Counted from the first letter of the stretch, positions 26,116 to 36,600 are shown. The stretch: 64,000 nt of DNA from Candidatus Nomurabacteria bacterium (GCA_963832025.1 CAWHSF010000003.1:366121-430120), one strand, 5' to 3'. Made by a program: numbers and translations. The notes: generated by a model from the sequence alone, not told the origin.

Positions 26116-27075
26116 TTGAAACGGTATTTCACACTGGTAGTACTCGCCCTGGCAATGGCTTTGGCGACTGGCGTGCCAGCAATGGCACAAGCAGTGGTGG
26201 ATCACTTCAAAACCCCCGGGGAATGCTTGACGGCGAGGGTGCCTTACACGCCGTCTATTACGAGGCCAAAGCCACTGGTTGATGGGGAATCATTGATCCC
26301 CAACAGAAACGGCGGTTGCGCTGACATGACTCTTCCTGATCGTCTCGGCGGTCGTGGTTGGGTCTTCGTAACAGGCGACATTATCGACGGCAAAAAGGGT
26401 ATGCGCTACCAACCATGCGGGAATACAGTGTTTGCGTTCATTCCTGTGGAGCCGACACCGACACCGACGCCCAGTACTCAACAGGCCGACAACGACGAGG
26501 ACAATGCTCCGCCTCAACGGCAACCACAGATTATTTTGGTGCAGTCACCTCCTGTTAATGTGACTGCGATAAGCGGTGGTAGCGGCGGGAATTATACTCC
26601 TGCTGCGTACGACGGCCAAGAAGGGAATTACTCCTGCAATCCGGCAGGGCTCCTTGCAAGTTGCGACAGCTATGGTAGTTGTCGCACTATGTATCCCGTT
26701 CAGCAATGTGGTTCGGGACAAGGTGGCTACGGCTACAACGATGGCAACGGCTACGGCGGGGGCGGTGTGATGATCAACGGGGTGTTGGTCATCGGCGGCA
26801 ACGGCTATGGTGGCGGTTATGGCGGTGGCTACGGCGGTCGTGGCGGCTATGGCGGTCGTGGCGGTGGCTACGGCGGAGGTCGTGGTTATCGTGGCGGCGG
26901 CGGTTATCGTGGCGGCGGCGGTTATCGTGGCGGCAATGGCGGCGGCAACCCACGTCCGAAGGGGGGGCCAGTACGGCCAGTTGGTGGCGGCGGCGGTGGA
27001 AGGTCAGGCGGCGGATCGCTTCCGCCCTCTAACGGAAGCCGCTCCTTCAGTCGCGGAGGAGGTGGACGCCGGTAA
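26116..27075 (+). CDS. Secreted Cys-containing protein with a Gly/Tyr/Arg-rich (GGYGGRGG / GYRGGG) C-terminal tail. Encoded on a GC-rich compositional island. TTG start.
   Basis: RBS gaggaggt lies 6 nt before the TTG. Signal peptide: MKRYFTLVVLALAMALATGVPAMAQA. The reading frame is kept over 960 nt of sequence far more GC-rich than its neighbours. Consensus promoter directly upstream. Confidence 0.7.
   Translation: MKRYFTLVVLALAMALATGVPAMAQAVVDHFKTPGECLTARVPYTPSITRPKPLVDGESLIPNRNGGCADMTLPDRLGGRGWVFVTGDIIDGKKGMRYQPCGNTVFAFIPVEPTPTPTPSTQQADNDEDNAPPQRQPQIILVQSPPVNVTAISGGSGGNYTPAAYDGQEGNYSCNPAGLLASCDSYGSCRTMYPVQQCGSGQGGYGYNDGNGYGGGGVMINGVLVIGGNGYGGGYGGGYGGRGGYGGRGGGYGGGRGYRGGGGYRGGGGYRGGNGGGNPRPKGGPVRPVGGGGGGRSGGGSLPPSNGSRSFSRGGGGRR
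26884..26937 (+). repeat. Perfect 18-bp tandem repeat (GGTTATCGTGGCGGCGGC) x3, encoding GYRGGG
   Basis: Read directly at 26884-26901 and 26902-26919. The third unit ends in aat. Confidence 0.85.
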
Positions 27076-27152
27076 AAACTAAAAAGAGAATCAGAACTTC
27101 TTTGAAAAATCTGATGGAGAGTCGGCAAGCCAATAAATTGCCGAAAAAATTG

Positions 27153-27201
27153 ACAGCGTGTTCTGAGATCTACGGATCTAGAACGCGCTGTTTTGCTTTT
27201 T
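27153..27201 (+). terminator. Hairpin plus T-rich tract after the GC-rich gene
   Basis: acagcgtgttctgagatc-tacg-gatctagaacgcgctgt, followed by tttgcttttt. Confidence 0.6.
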
Positions 27202-27249
27202 GTATAATTTCTCCTTGTCCGACAACGGGGAATTTTGTTGTCGGACAAG
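27201..27249 (+). promoter_or_regulatory. Extended -10 promoter (TGTATAAT) and 5-prime-terminal 13-bp stem-loop of the rpsP leader
   Basis: tgtataat at 27201-27208. Perfect hairpin cttgtccgacaac-ggggaatttt-gttgtcggacaag at 27214-27249. Confidence 0.55.
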
Positions 27250-27306
27250 AAACGCTAAAATTTTTCAAGGTATTGTATTTTTAAAAAATTATGTTAGACT
27301 TGGTGA

Positions 27307-27615
27307 ATGTTAAAAATAAGACTTCAGAGAATAGGTAGAAAAAATGACCCGTCGTTTCGGGCAGTTTTGACCGATTCAAAAAACAGCACCAAGAGCGGAA
27401 AGTTTTTGGAAATTTTAGGAACTTACAATCCCAAAGCCGGAGAGAAAAATTTAAATAATGACCGAATAAAATATTGGATGTCTCAAGGCGCAAAATGTTC
27501 GGATACGATGCATAACTTTTTAGTACACGATAAAGTGATTGTCGGCAAAAAAGTAAATGTTTTACCAAAGAAAAAACCTACACAAAAAAGAAAAGAGTTG
27601 AAAGCGAAAAAATAA
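27307..27615 (+). CDS. rpsP: 30S ribosomal protein S16
   Basis: MLKIRLQRIGRKNDPSFRAV...LGTYNP...RIKYWMSQGA. Confidence 0.95.
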   Translation: MLKIRLQRIGRKNDPSFRAVLTDSKNSTKSGKFLEILGTYNPKAGEKNLNNDRIKYWMSQGAKCSDTMHNFLVHDKVIVGKKVNVLPKKKPTQKRKELKAKK

Positions 27616-27719
27616 ACTTGCCCTGCCATGGTAGGGTGAAGTATAATTACCGACAAGCAGCCTGTCTGGTCGTAACACTGCAAGAAAGTTTTAAATTAAA
27701 AATATAAATTCTGAAAAAT

Positions 27720-28064
27720 ATGGAAGAACATGACAAGATATTTCTGGAGTATGTGGTCAAAGCTCTCGTTGACAATCCGAACGATGTAAAAATCGAACGC
27801 ACTGTCGACGAAATGGGCGTGCTTATAACTTTGACGGTCAATCCTGCCGACATGGGCAAGATTATCGGTCGAATGGGCAACACCGCCAAAGCTATCCGCA
27901 CATTGCTTCGCATCATCGGCATGAAAAACAATGCCCGCGTTAATCTGAAAATTAACGAACCGGCAGGAAGCATGAAACCTGAAGGACACAGTTCGGCAGG
28001 ACACATGAATGCCCCGACCTTGAAGACGGTTGATCAAGCAATGGAAGACTTGAAAGGAATATAA
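27720..28064 (+). CDS. KH-domain RNA-binding protein (YlqC-like), in the position usually found beside rpsP
   Basis: Motifs LEYVVKALVDNPNDVKI and the KH GxxG loop GKIIGRMGNTAKAIRTLL. Confidence 0.8.
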   Translation: MEEHDKIFLEYVVKALVDNPNDVKIERTVDEMGVLITLTVNPADMGKIIGRMGNTAKAIRTLLRIIGMKNNARVNLKINEPAGSMKPEGHSSAGHMNAPTLKTVDQAMEDLKGI

Positions 28065-28072
28065 ATGAAATT

Positions 28073-28108
28073 AAAAAAGACCGGGGCTTTTTAGCCCCGG
28101 TCTTTTTT
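28073..28108 (+). terminator. Intrinsic terminator after the KH-domain gene
   Basis: aaaaaagaccggggc-tttttag-ccccggtctttttt. Confidence 0.85.
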
Positions 28109-28157
28109 GTTGATGTAAAGAATGAAATGTGATAATAATATAGATGGAGACTAAAAA

Positions 28158-28322
28158 ATGAAACCTTCCACTCTGTGCATGAAAATTGCGCTTGGACTAG
28201 TTCTCACCCTGGGAGGTATTGAGACACTGCTTGTAGTTTCGGGTGTCGCTGTGTTTCTTGGGGTGGTGGTGCTCGCTTGGCGCTCGGGGAGCGAAGATAT
28301 CAAAAACGGAGGAGCTGTATAG
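28158..28322 (+). CDS. Possible 54-aa small membrane protein (below the ORF-track size cutoff)
   Basis: The ATG follows ggagactaaaaa. The product is MKPSTLCMKIALGLVLTLGGIETLLVVSGVAVFLGVVVLAWRSGSEDIKNGGAV, with two hydrophobic helices. A hairpin at 28340-28373 follows. Confidence 0.35.
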   Translation: MKPSTLCMKIALGLVLTLGGIETLLVVSGVAVFLGVVVLAWRSGSEDIKNGGAV

Positions 28323-28412
28323 TTTTCCTCACAAAACACGGCCAACGCTTCCTTGCAAAGAAGCGTTGGCCACCTCTATTTTATGGGGATTTTTTGTGCT
28401 ATAAATACCAAC

Positions 28413-29167
28413 ATGCGCTTTCACGTCATTACAATTTTTCCAGAAATTTTCGACTCATATTTAAATGAGTCTATAATTGGGCGGGCGATTAGAGATAAAA
28501 AAATTTCTGTAAAATTTTACAATCCACGAGATTTTATTAAAGCACCTAAAAATAATTACCGGCCGGTAGATGACAAGCCGTACGGTGGCGGTCCGGGTAT
28601 GGTGATGCGGGCCGAGCCGATACTGAAAGCAGTAGAATCTGTATTAAAAAAAATAAAAAATAAAAAAGTTTTAATTATCAATTTTATTCCCAGTGCGGAA
28701 AAATTTACGACCGCTGCCGCGAAAAAATTTCCAAAAAATATACGGAAATTATTTTAATCTGCGGAAGATACGAAGGGATTGATGCCAGAATCGATAAAAT
28801 TTTAAAAACAAAAAAATTTTCAATCGGCGACTATGTTCTGACGGGCGGGGAATTGCCGGCCTTGGTTTTAATTGATTCTGTCTCTCGCCAAGTTCCCGGA
28901 GTTTTGGGCAAATATGAATCTTTGGAAGAAGAAAGAATTTCTAGTAGCGAGGTTTACACTCGTCCAGAAATCTTGAGATATAAACCTTCTAAGGCTATAA
29001 AAAATTTATATAAAAGTTACAAAGCATGTCCCGTAGGAAGTACTCTTTCCTTCGGGGTTCCAAAAATTCTACTTTCAGGGAATCACAAACAGATAGAAGA
29101 ATGGAAGAAATCCCAGGCCTTAGAAAAGTTTATATATATATCATGCTATGCAAAGAGAAATTTTTAA
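28413..29167 (+). CDS. trmD: tRNA (guanine37-N1)-methyltransferase, with a frame break in an A6 run
   Basis: Motifs MRFHVITIFPEIF, VDDKPYGGGPGMVM, ICGRYEGIDARI, SIGDYVLTGGELPALVLIDSV and LLSGNHKQIEEW. The two pieces join at the A6 run 28733-28738. Confidence 0.85.
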
Positions 29168-30273
29168 CGCCGAAGAATCAAAATCCCCCAAAAAATCGCG
29201 CAGGAAAGTTAAGTATGATTGCTGTGCTCTTGGCATGGGTGCAGCTGGTGTCACTTTTCCATCTACGCGTGATGCCTTCGAGGAAACATTTGAATCCAAA
29301 GAAAACTTAAAAGAAGAAATAAAGAAAAAAATTAAACTCTATAGAATATTAAAGATAATATTCCGGTAATTGGAACTTTTTTAAATTCACAAACTTTAAA
29401 AAATTTAACCAAAGCAGTTAATGAATCCATGGATGCTCGGTACGACGAAGCATCCATGGCAAAGATCAAGAACTTTAGATTATTTAATCCAAGAAATTTT
29501 AAAATATCCAGATTTCTTTATTAAGGGAAATTTACACATACCACTATAAATATTGTAGATAGCTTAGTTTAGGAAGATAATGATACAGCTGAAGGTGTTA
29601 CACTAATAAAAACTCCGGTTTAAAAATTTTATAGATGTTAGAAATATCCAAGGGGTTATTAGATAAGGGTAAAAAATTTGGTTGGTCTGAAAAGGAGCCA
29701 TTTAAAGAGACTCTCCACCACGAACTTTTCCATGGGATTTTTAATGTTGTTGACGAATCATCAGGGCATCAATTTTCTGATGCATGGGTTTCTCTTAGCG
29801 GTGAAGCTGATTTCCATACTAATCCAAAAGAAGATAAACCTGGCTTTATTAGTGAATATGAACAATTAGATTCAAATGAAGATTTCTCGGAAACAGCATC
29901 TGCGATGATGAATAATGCAGAAAACATTTTTGATAAAATTGAAAAAGATGCGGAGCTTAAGAAAAAGGTAGAATTTTTAAAAAATTTAATGTTTCAAAGA
30001 TCTTTTGGCTTATGCAATGAAGAGTATTGGAATTCATTAAGGAAAGGCAATCCACCATCAGATTTTTTTACTAAAAGAAAAGCCTATTTATTATCTTTAA
30101 ATCTAGAACAATTCAAAAAAGAACTTGAATTAAACAACTGGGAAGAATCTGATTATTTTACTTTTGGGCAAGAAGGATTACTTGAAAAAGAATTTCCAGG
30201 AACTAATTTTGAAGATATGAAGGAAGGAATGTTTCAGTTGTTTAGGAAAAACTTGACAGAAGCTGAAATCTGA
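29148..30273 (+). pseudogene. Decayed gene for an HExxH (zinc-metallopeptidase-like) protein. Only the last 212 codons form an intact ORF.
   Basis: ORF 29635..30273 contains HHELFHG. Upstream, from 29148 to 29634, protein-like reading hops between all three frames and crosses several stops. Confidence 0.4.
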
Positions 30274-30455
30274 GTATACTATCTTTGATTCATTGATTGA
30301 GTATCGGATGCAATCTTATGTGCTTATTATAAGGTTTAACTTAATCATTTCTAAATAAATCAAAAAAGATTCAAGAGAAGCTAGAGAAAAGCATTTTTCG
30401 TCTGTTTTTCCCTGTAGTCTCTTTTTGTTTTTTGTTTATTTGGGCTAAATAAAAT

Positions 30456-33400
30456 ATGGCAAAAGAAACAATTGAGACAAAGCGTCCGAAGAAGTATTTT
30501 AGTAGATATAAAAAGCCTCTTGCTCCGTTTCCAAACTTGATTGAGGCACAAGTAAAAAGTTTTAAGTGGTTGGTAGAAACCGGTATCGGGGAAGTCTTTA
30601 AAGAATTTTCTCCAATCATTGATTACTCGGGAAAAAAATTCCAATTGGAGTTTACTTCTTTTTCTTTGAGTGAATCTAAAACCGATGAAAATAATTCCAA
30701 AGTAAACAAGCTCTCTTATCAGGGCTTGTTGAAGGCGCGTGTAAAATTGACGAACAAAATTTTAGGGACGGTGAAAGAACAGGAAATTTTTATGTCGGAC
30801 TTGCCGCTCATGACTTCGCACGGCACATTTATCATCAACGGAGTGGAGAGGGTGATTGTTCCTCAACTCGCCCGCAGTTTCGGTGTTTTCTTTACCGAAT
30901 CGGAAAGTAAGGGCAATAAATATTTCGGCGCAAAAATAATTCCGGCCCGCGGAGTATGGATTGAAATAGAATCCGAATCGGATGGCGGAATTTATATCCG
31001 AATAGACAAAAAGAGAAAATTTCCGGCAACGGCACTTTTGCGCGCTCTCGGTTACGAGACCAACGAACAAATCCTAAAAGCTTTTTCCAAAGATGCAAAA
31101 GCAGAAGAAACCATCAAGGCGACATTTCCAAAAGAAGGAATCAAAAGCTTGAATGATGCATATATTGAAATTTATAAACGCTTGCGTGACGGTGACATGG
31201 CGACTGCCGATAATGCGAAGGAATTCATTCATTCGTTGTTTACGGCGGAGCGCTACGATCTCTCTCCGGTCGGCAGATTCAGATTTAATCAGCGTTTCGG
31301 AAAAGATATGGGTGAAGCGGAAATGGCTCGCCGAACTATTTCTAAAGAGGATTTAGTTACGGTAATTTCTCATATTATAACTTTAAACAATACGGCAGGA
31401 GCAAAAGCGGACGATATTGACCACTTGGGTCAAAGACGCGTTCGTTTTGTCGGAGAAATACTTCAACAAAAAGTTCGCACCGGTATGATGCAAATCAAAA
31501 GAAATATTCAAGACCGAATGTCCATTATTGATGTCGATACCGCCATGCCAATCGCCATCATCAACCAACGACCACTCCAAGCTCGCATCAAAGAATTTTT
31601 CACCACCAACCAACTTTCGCAATTTATGAATCAGGAAAATGTTTTGGCGGAGACCGAACACATTCGTCTGCTTTCGGCTCTCGGGCCGGGAGGACTCACT
31701 CGTGAACGAGCTGGGCTGGAAGTTCGCGACGTGCATCCTTCGCACTATGGTAGAGTATGTCCGATTCACACCCCAGAAGGTCCGAACATCGGACTCATCT
31801 TGCACCTTTCTACTTATGCAAAAATAAACGATTTTGGAATTATTGAAACTCCTTATGTCAAAGTAAAAAATGGAAAAATTACCAGCGAGATAGTTTACTT
31901 AAATGCGCTAGAAGAAGAAAAATACAATATTGCGCATGCCGGAATTCCTTACGATGAAAATGGAAACATTACCGAAGACAAAGTAGAAGCCAGAATTAAA
32001 ACCGAACCGGGTAGAGTTCCTAAAGGAGAGGTTGATTATATCGATGTTGCTCCAAACCAAGCTTTTTCTATTGCCACTTCAATGGTTCCTTTTTTGGAGC
32101 ACAACAACGCAAACCGAGCACTCATGGGCAGTAACATGCAGAAACAAGCAGTGCCTTGTATTCTTCCGGAAATGCCGCTCGTTGCAACCGGAATTGAAGA
32201 ATCAGCTTCGAGGGACGGAGGTAGATTGGTGATTGCGGAAGAAGATGGCGTGGTTTCTTATTTAGATGCTAAAAAAATAATTGTTAAGGGAAAAAACGAT
32301 AAAACTTATGAGCTCGTTAATTTTCTTCGAAATAACAACTTTGCGGTTTTTCATCAACGTCCGCTCGTCAATGTCGGCGATAAGATAAAGAAAGGAGATG
32401 TGTTGGCTGATACATCCAGTACTGTAAATGGACAAATTTCTCTAGGGCAAAATATTTTTGTCGCCTTCTTGTCTTGGTCCGGAAACACTTACGAAGATGC
32501 GATTATTATTTCTGAACGTCTTGTGAAAAAGAGCAAATTTACTTCTGTTTATGTTGAAGAATTTACTTGTGTGGTGCGTGATACCAAGCTTGGACCGGAA
32601 ATCACCACTCGCGATATTCCAAATGTCGGGGAACTTAAATTAAAAGATTTGGATGAAGACGGCGTGGTGCGTATCGGAGCCGAAGTCAGGGAAAATGATA
32701 TTTTAGTCGGTAAGATTACACCTAAAGGTGAAACAGAACTTACGCCGGAAGAAAGACTGCTTCGTTCCATCTTTGCCGAAAAAGCGCGCGATGTGAAAGA
32801 TACGAGTTTGCGCATGGAACACGGCAAACGCGGACGCATTATCGGAGTAAAAATTTTCTCTCGCGACTTGGGACATACACTGGAAGCTGGAATTATCAAG
32901 AAAATTGTGATTGAAGTCGCGCAAATCAGAAACATTTCCGTTGGTGACAAACTTTCCGGCCGACATGGGAACAAAGGAGTCATCTCCATGATTCTTCCGG
33001 AAGAAGACATGCCTTATACTGCAGACGGAACGCCAATTGATATTATTCTTTCTCCGCTCGGAGTACCTTCCAGAATGAACTTGGGACAAATCCTAGAATT
33101 GCATTTGGGTATGGCGGCAAACAGTTTGGGTTATCAGGCGATTGTTCCTCCATTTTTGGGAGCGAAACACGAAGAAATCAGAGAAGAGTTGAAAAAAGCC
33201 GGACTGCCGGAAAATGGTAAATTAAAACTTTTTGACGGACGAACCGGAGAGCCTTTCCAGCAAGATGTGGCGGTGGGTTATATGTATATGCTCAAACTGC
33301 ATCACATGGTGGAAGACAAAATTCACATGCGTTCAATCGGTCCTTACTCGCTTATCACTCAGCAACCTCTCGGCGGAAAAGCTCAAGGTGGCGGACAGAG

Positions 33401-33635
33401 ATTCGGAGAAATGGAAGTCTGGGCACTGGAAGGATACGGCGCAGCTTATACTTTGCGAGAAATGTTAACAATTAAATCCGACGACATACTCGGTCGATCT
33501 GCCACCTTTGATTCCATTATCAAGAATGAAATCATTCGAGCACCAAACGCCCCCGCATCTTTTAACGTCTTGTTAAATTATTTGCGAGGACTTGCGCTTG
33601 ATGTCGATTTGAAAAAATCTGGAGACAAAGAATAA
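30456..33635 (+). CDS. rpoB: DNA-directed RNA polymerase subunit beta
   Basis: Motifs GTFIINGVERVIV, RALMGSNMQKQAVP, GRHGNKGVIS and GGQRFGEMEVWALEGYGAAY. Confidence 0.97.
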   Translation: MAKETIETKRPKKYFSRYKKPLAPFPNLIEAQVKSFKWLVETGIGEVFKEFSPIIDYSGKKFQLEFTSFSLSESKTDENNSKVNKLSYQGLLKARVKLTNKILGTVKEQEIFMSDLPLMTSHGTFIINGVERVIVPQLARSFGVFFTESESKGNKYFGAKIIPARGVWIEIESESDGGIYIRIDKKRKFPATALLRALGYETNEQILKAFSKDAKAEETIKATFPKEGIKSLNDAYIEIYKRLRDGDMATADNAKEFIHSLFTAERYDLSPVGRFRFNQRFGKDMGEAEMARRTISKEDLVTVISHIITLNNTAGAKADDIDHLGQRRVRFVGEILQQKVRTGMMQIKRNIQDRMSIIDVDTAMPIAIINQRPLQARIKEFFTTNQLSQFMNQENVLAETEHIRLLSALGPGGLTRERAGLEVRDVHPSHYGRVCPIHTPEGPNIGLILHLSTYAKINDFGIIETPYVKVKNGKITSEIVYLNALEEEKYNIAHAGIPYDENGNITEDKVEARIKTEPGRVPKGEVDYIDVAPNQAFSIATSMVPFLEHNNANRALMGSNMQKQAVPCILPEMPLVATGIEESASRDGGRLVIAEEDGVVSYLDAKKIIVKGKNDKTYELVNFLRNNNFAVFHQRPLVNVGDKIKKGDVLADTSSTVNGQISLGQNIFVAFLSWSGNTYEDAIIISERLVKKSKFTSVYVEEFTCVVRDTKLGPEITTRDIPNVGELKLKDLDEDGVVRIGAEVRENDILVGKITPKGETELTPEERLLRSIFAEKARDVKDTSLRMEHGKRGRIIGVKIFSRDLGHTLEAGIIKKIVIEVAQIRNISVGDKLSGRHGNKGVISMILPEEDMPYTADGTPIDIILSPLGVPSRMNLGQILELHLGMAANSLGYQAIVPPFLGAKHEEIREELKKAGLPENGKLKLFDGRTGEPFQQDVAVGYMYMLKLHHMVEDKIHMRSIGPYSLITQQPLGGKAQGGGQRFGEMEVWALEGYGAAYTLREMLTIKSDDILGRSATFDSIIKNEIIRAPNAPASFNVLLNYLRGLALDVDLKKSGDKE

Positions 33636-33653
33636 TATAAAATAAAAAAATAT

Positions 33654-36600
33654 ATGAAAACTTTAAACACAACTGAATTTGATCGCATCGCTCTCAGGCT
33701 CGCGTCTCCGGAGCAAATAAAAGAATGGTCCTATGGTGAAGTCACCAAGCCAGAAACCATAAATTATCGCACCGGCAGATCTGAGCGTGGAGGTCTTTTT
33801 GATGAAAAGATTTTTGGTCCGGAAAAAGATTATGAATGTTATTGCGGAAAATATCGCCGAATTCGTTACAAAGATATTATCTGTGAAAAATGTGGAGTGG
33901 AAGTGACTCGTTCCATCGTTCGTCGTGAACGCATGGGACATATTGAGCTTTCTACACCCGTCTCCCATATTTGGTTTTTGCGCGGAGTGCCTTCTCGTAT
34001 GAGTATTTTGCTTAATATTTCCGTTTCCGATTTGGAAAAAGTTATTTATTTCGCCGGATATATCATCACCAAAGTCTTTGAAGAAGAAAAAGAAACTATC
34101 CTCTCTGGACTGGACAAGGAATACAAGAGTAAATTAAAAAATTCAGCTGATGATGACACTCGTGAAAAATTGAAAAATTTGCTTTCCATTACTAAAAAAG
34201 AAATCGGCGAAATATATGAAGGAAAAGTTTTGAATGAAATTTCTTTTCATCATTATTCTTTAAAATATGGAACTTGTTTTGAGGCCAATATCGGAGCAGA
34301 AGCGATTTATTCTATTTTCAAAAACCTTGATTTGAATAAATTAAAACACCTTACCGAAAAAATGTTGGAAAAGGCAAGCATGGCCGAAAAAGAAAAGTTG
34401 CAAAAAAGACTTTCTCTTATTCGCGCGATGACTTATGCCGGAATTCGTCCTGAATGGATGTTCTTGACCGTTATCCCAGTGATTCCGCCGGTGCTTCGTC
34501 CGATGGTAGCGCTCGATGGTGGACGTCATGCGACTTCAGATTTGAACGACCTTTATCGTCGGGTGATAAACCGAAACAATCGTCTCAAAAAGTTGAAAGA
34601 AATAAATGCTCCGGATGTTATTTTAAGAAATGAAAAAAGAATCATTCAGGAAGCAGTGGATGCGCTGATTGATAACTCTATTGCCAAACAAAATGATTCT
34701 GCCGCGATGAGTCAGTCTCAAAAACGTCCGCTTAAATCACTTTCTGATAACTTAAAATCAAAACAAGGTTTGTTTAGACAAAATTTACTCGGTAAACGTG
34801 TGGATTATTCCGGACGTTCTGTTATCGTTGTCGGTCCGGAATTGAAGCTCAATCAATGTGGTTTGCCAAAACACATGGCACTTGAACTTTTCCGACCTTT
34901 CGTCATTTCTAAAATTTTACAAGCCGAACTGGCATTCAATATTCGTGGAGCCAACAAACTCATTGAAGAACGCACGAGTGAGGTTTGGGCAATGTTGGAA
35001 GAAGTGATTGAAGGAAAATATGTTCTCTTAAACCGTGCGCCGACTTTGCACCGTTTGGGCATTCAAGCTTTCAACCCTATCTTGATAGAAGGAAATGCTA
35101 TCCAAGTGCATCCACTCGTATGTCAGGCTTTCAACGCAGACTTTGACGGAGACCAGATGGCCGTTTACGTTCCTCTTCTTGAAGAAGCTCAGTCCGAAGC
35201 AAAAGAATTGATGGCGGCAAATAAAAATCTGCTCAAGCCACAAAATGGTGAGCCAATCGTAAACCCTAGAATGGATATGGTGCTCGGCGCTTATTGGATG
35301 ACTAAGGGAGTGGATGGAGAGCCTGGGGAAGGGAAATATTTTTCTAGTCCAAACACGGCTATCACTGCTTCCGATTACGGAGTCGTTTCTTTGCGGGCAA
35401 AAATAAAAGTTTTGGCTACCGATTCACATAAATACAGAAAATTCGAAGGAGGAATTTTTGAAACTTCTGTTGGTAAACTTTTATTCAACAGTATCTTGCC
35501 GGATGATTTTGCTTATATCGGAGATGAGATGACCTCAGACCGATTAATTGCTTTATTGGATGAAATTATCGTGCATAGTGGAGTGGATTATACTCCGGTT
35601 GTATTGGATAAAATTAAATCATTTGGTTTCAAATATTCAACTACTTCCGGTACAACTTGGGGTATTGATAACGTTTCTTTGTCGGGAGAAAAACCAAAAA
35701 TTATTGCAGACAGTAGAAAAGTAGAAGAACAAATTATTTCACAATGGAGTGAAGGTCTCTTGTCCGAAGAGGAAAAGTATCAAAAAATTATTGAACTTTG
35801 GACAACCACCAAGAAAGATTTAGAAAAAGTCTTACCAAACACTCTCGACAAAAATGGTTCAGCTTTTGATTTGTTCACTTCCAAAGCTCGAGGAAATATG
35901 AGCACTTTGTCACAAATGATTGGAATGATTGGCCTTATTCAAAACAACCAAGGTAAAATTTTGGAATTTCCAATTATCCCTTCTTATTACGAAGGACTTT
36001 CTCCGATTGAATATTTCGTCATTACACACGGTGCGCGTAAAGGTGCATCAGATACCGCTCTAAACACTGCAAAAGCAGGCTATTTGACACGTAGATTGGT
36101 AGATGTGGCGCAAGATGTGGTCATAACCGAAGAAGACTGTGGCACAAAAGAAGGAAAAATAGTCGCACGCGAAAATATTTCCGGAATTGAAATTCCGCTT
36201 TCTAAAAATATACGCGGACGTGTTTTGGCCGGTGATTTGAAAGACAAGGATGGTAAAGTTCTTTACAAGAAAGGATTTTTAGTTACCAAGGAAGAAGCTT
36301 ACAATATTGAAGGAGCCGGCTTTACGGAAGTGTTTGTTCGCTCTCCACTTACTTGTAAAACAGTTCATGGTCTTTGTGTGCAGTGTTATGGATTAGACTT
36401 GGGTAGAAATCGTTTAGTTGAACAAGGTGAAGCTGTGGGCATCATTGCCGCTCAAGCTATCGGTGAGCCAGGTACTCAGTTGACACTTCGTACATTTCAC
36501 GCTGGTGGTGTGGCAGGCACAGATATCACTACAGGTTTGCCTCGCGTTGAAGAAATTTTTGAAAGACGCATTCCAAAAAATCCGGCAATTATTTCCGAGA

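Noticed and set aside
26290-27248. Six overlapping alternative-frame or antisense ORFs (64-117 aa) inside the GC-rich gene, several of them Arg/Trp- or Ala/Val-rich
   Set aside because: They are by-products of GC-rich repetitive DNA, which has few stop codons in any frame. Only the 26116..27075 frame has an RBS, a signal peptide and a sensible domain layout.
29026-29369. ORFs 29026..29310 and 29148..29369 as independent genes
   Set aside because: The first is an off-frame overlap of the trmD 3-prime end. The second appears to be the first fragment of the decayed HExxH gene, not a stand-alone gene.
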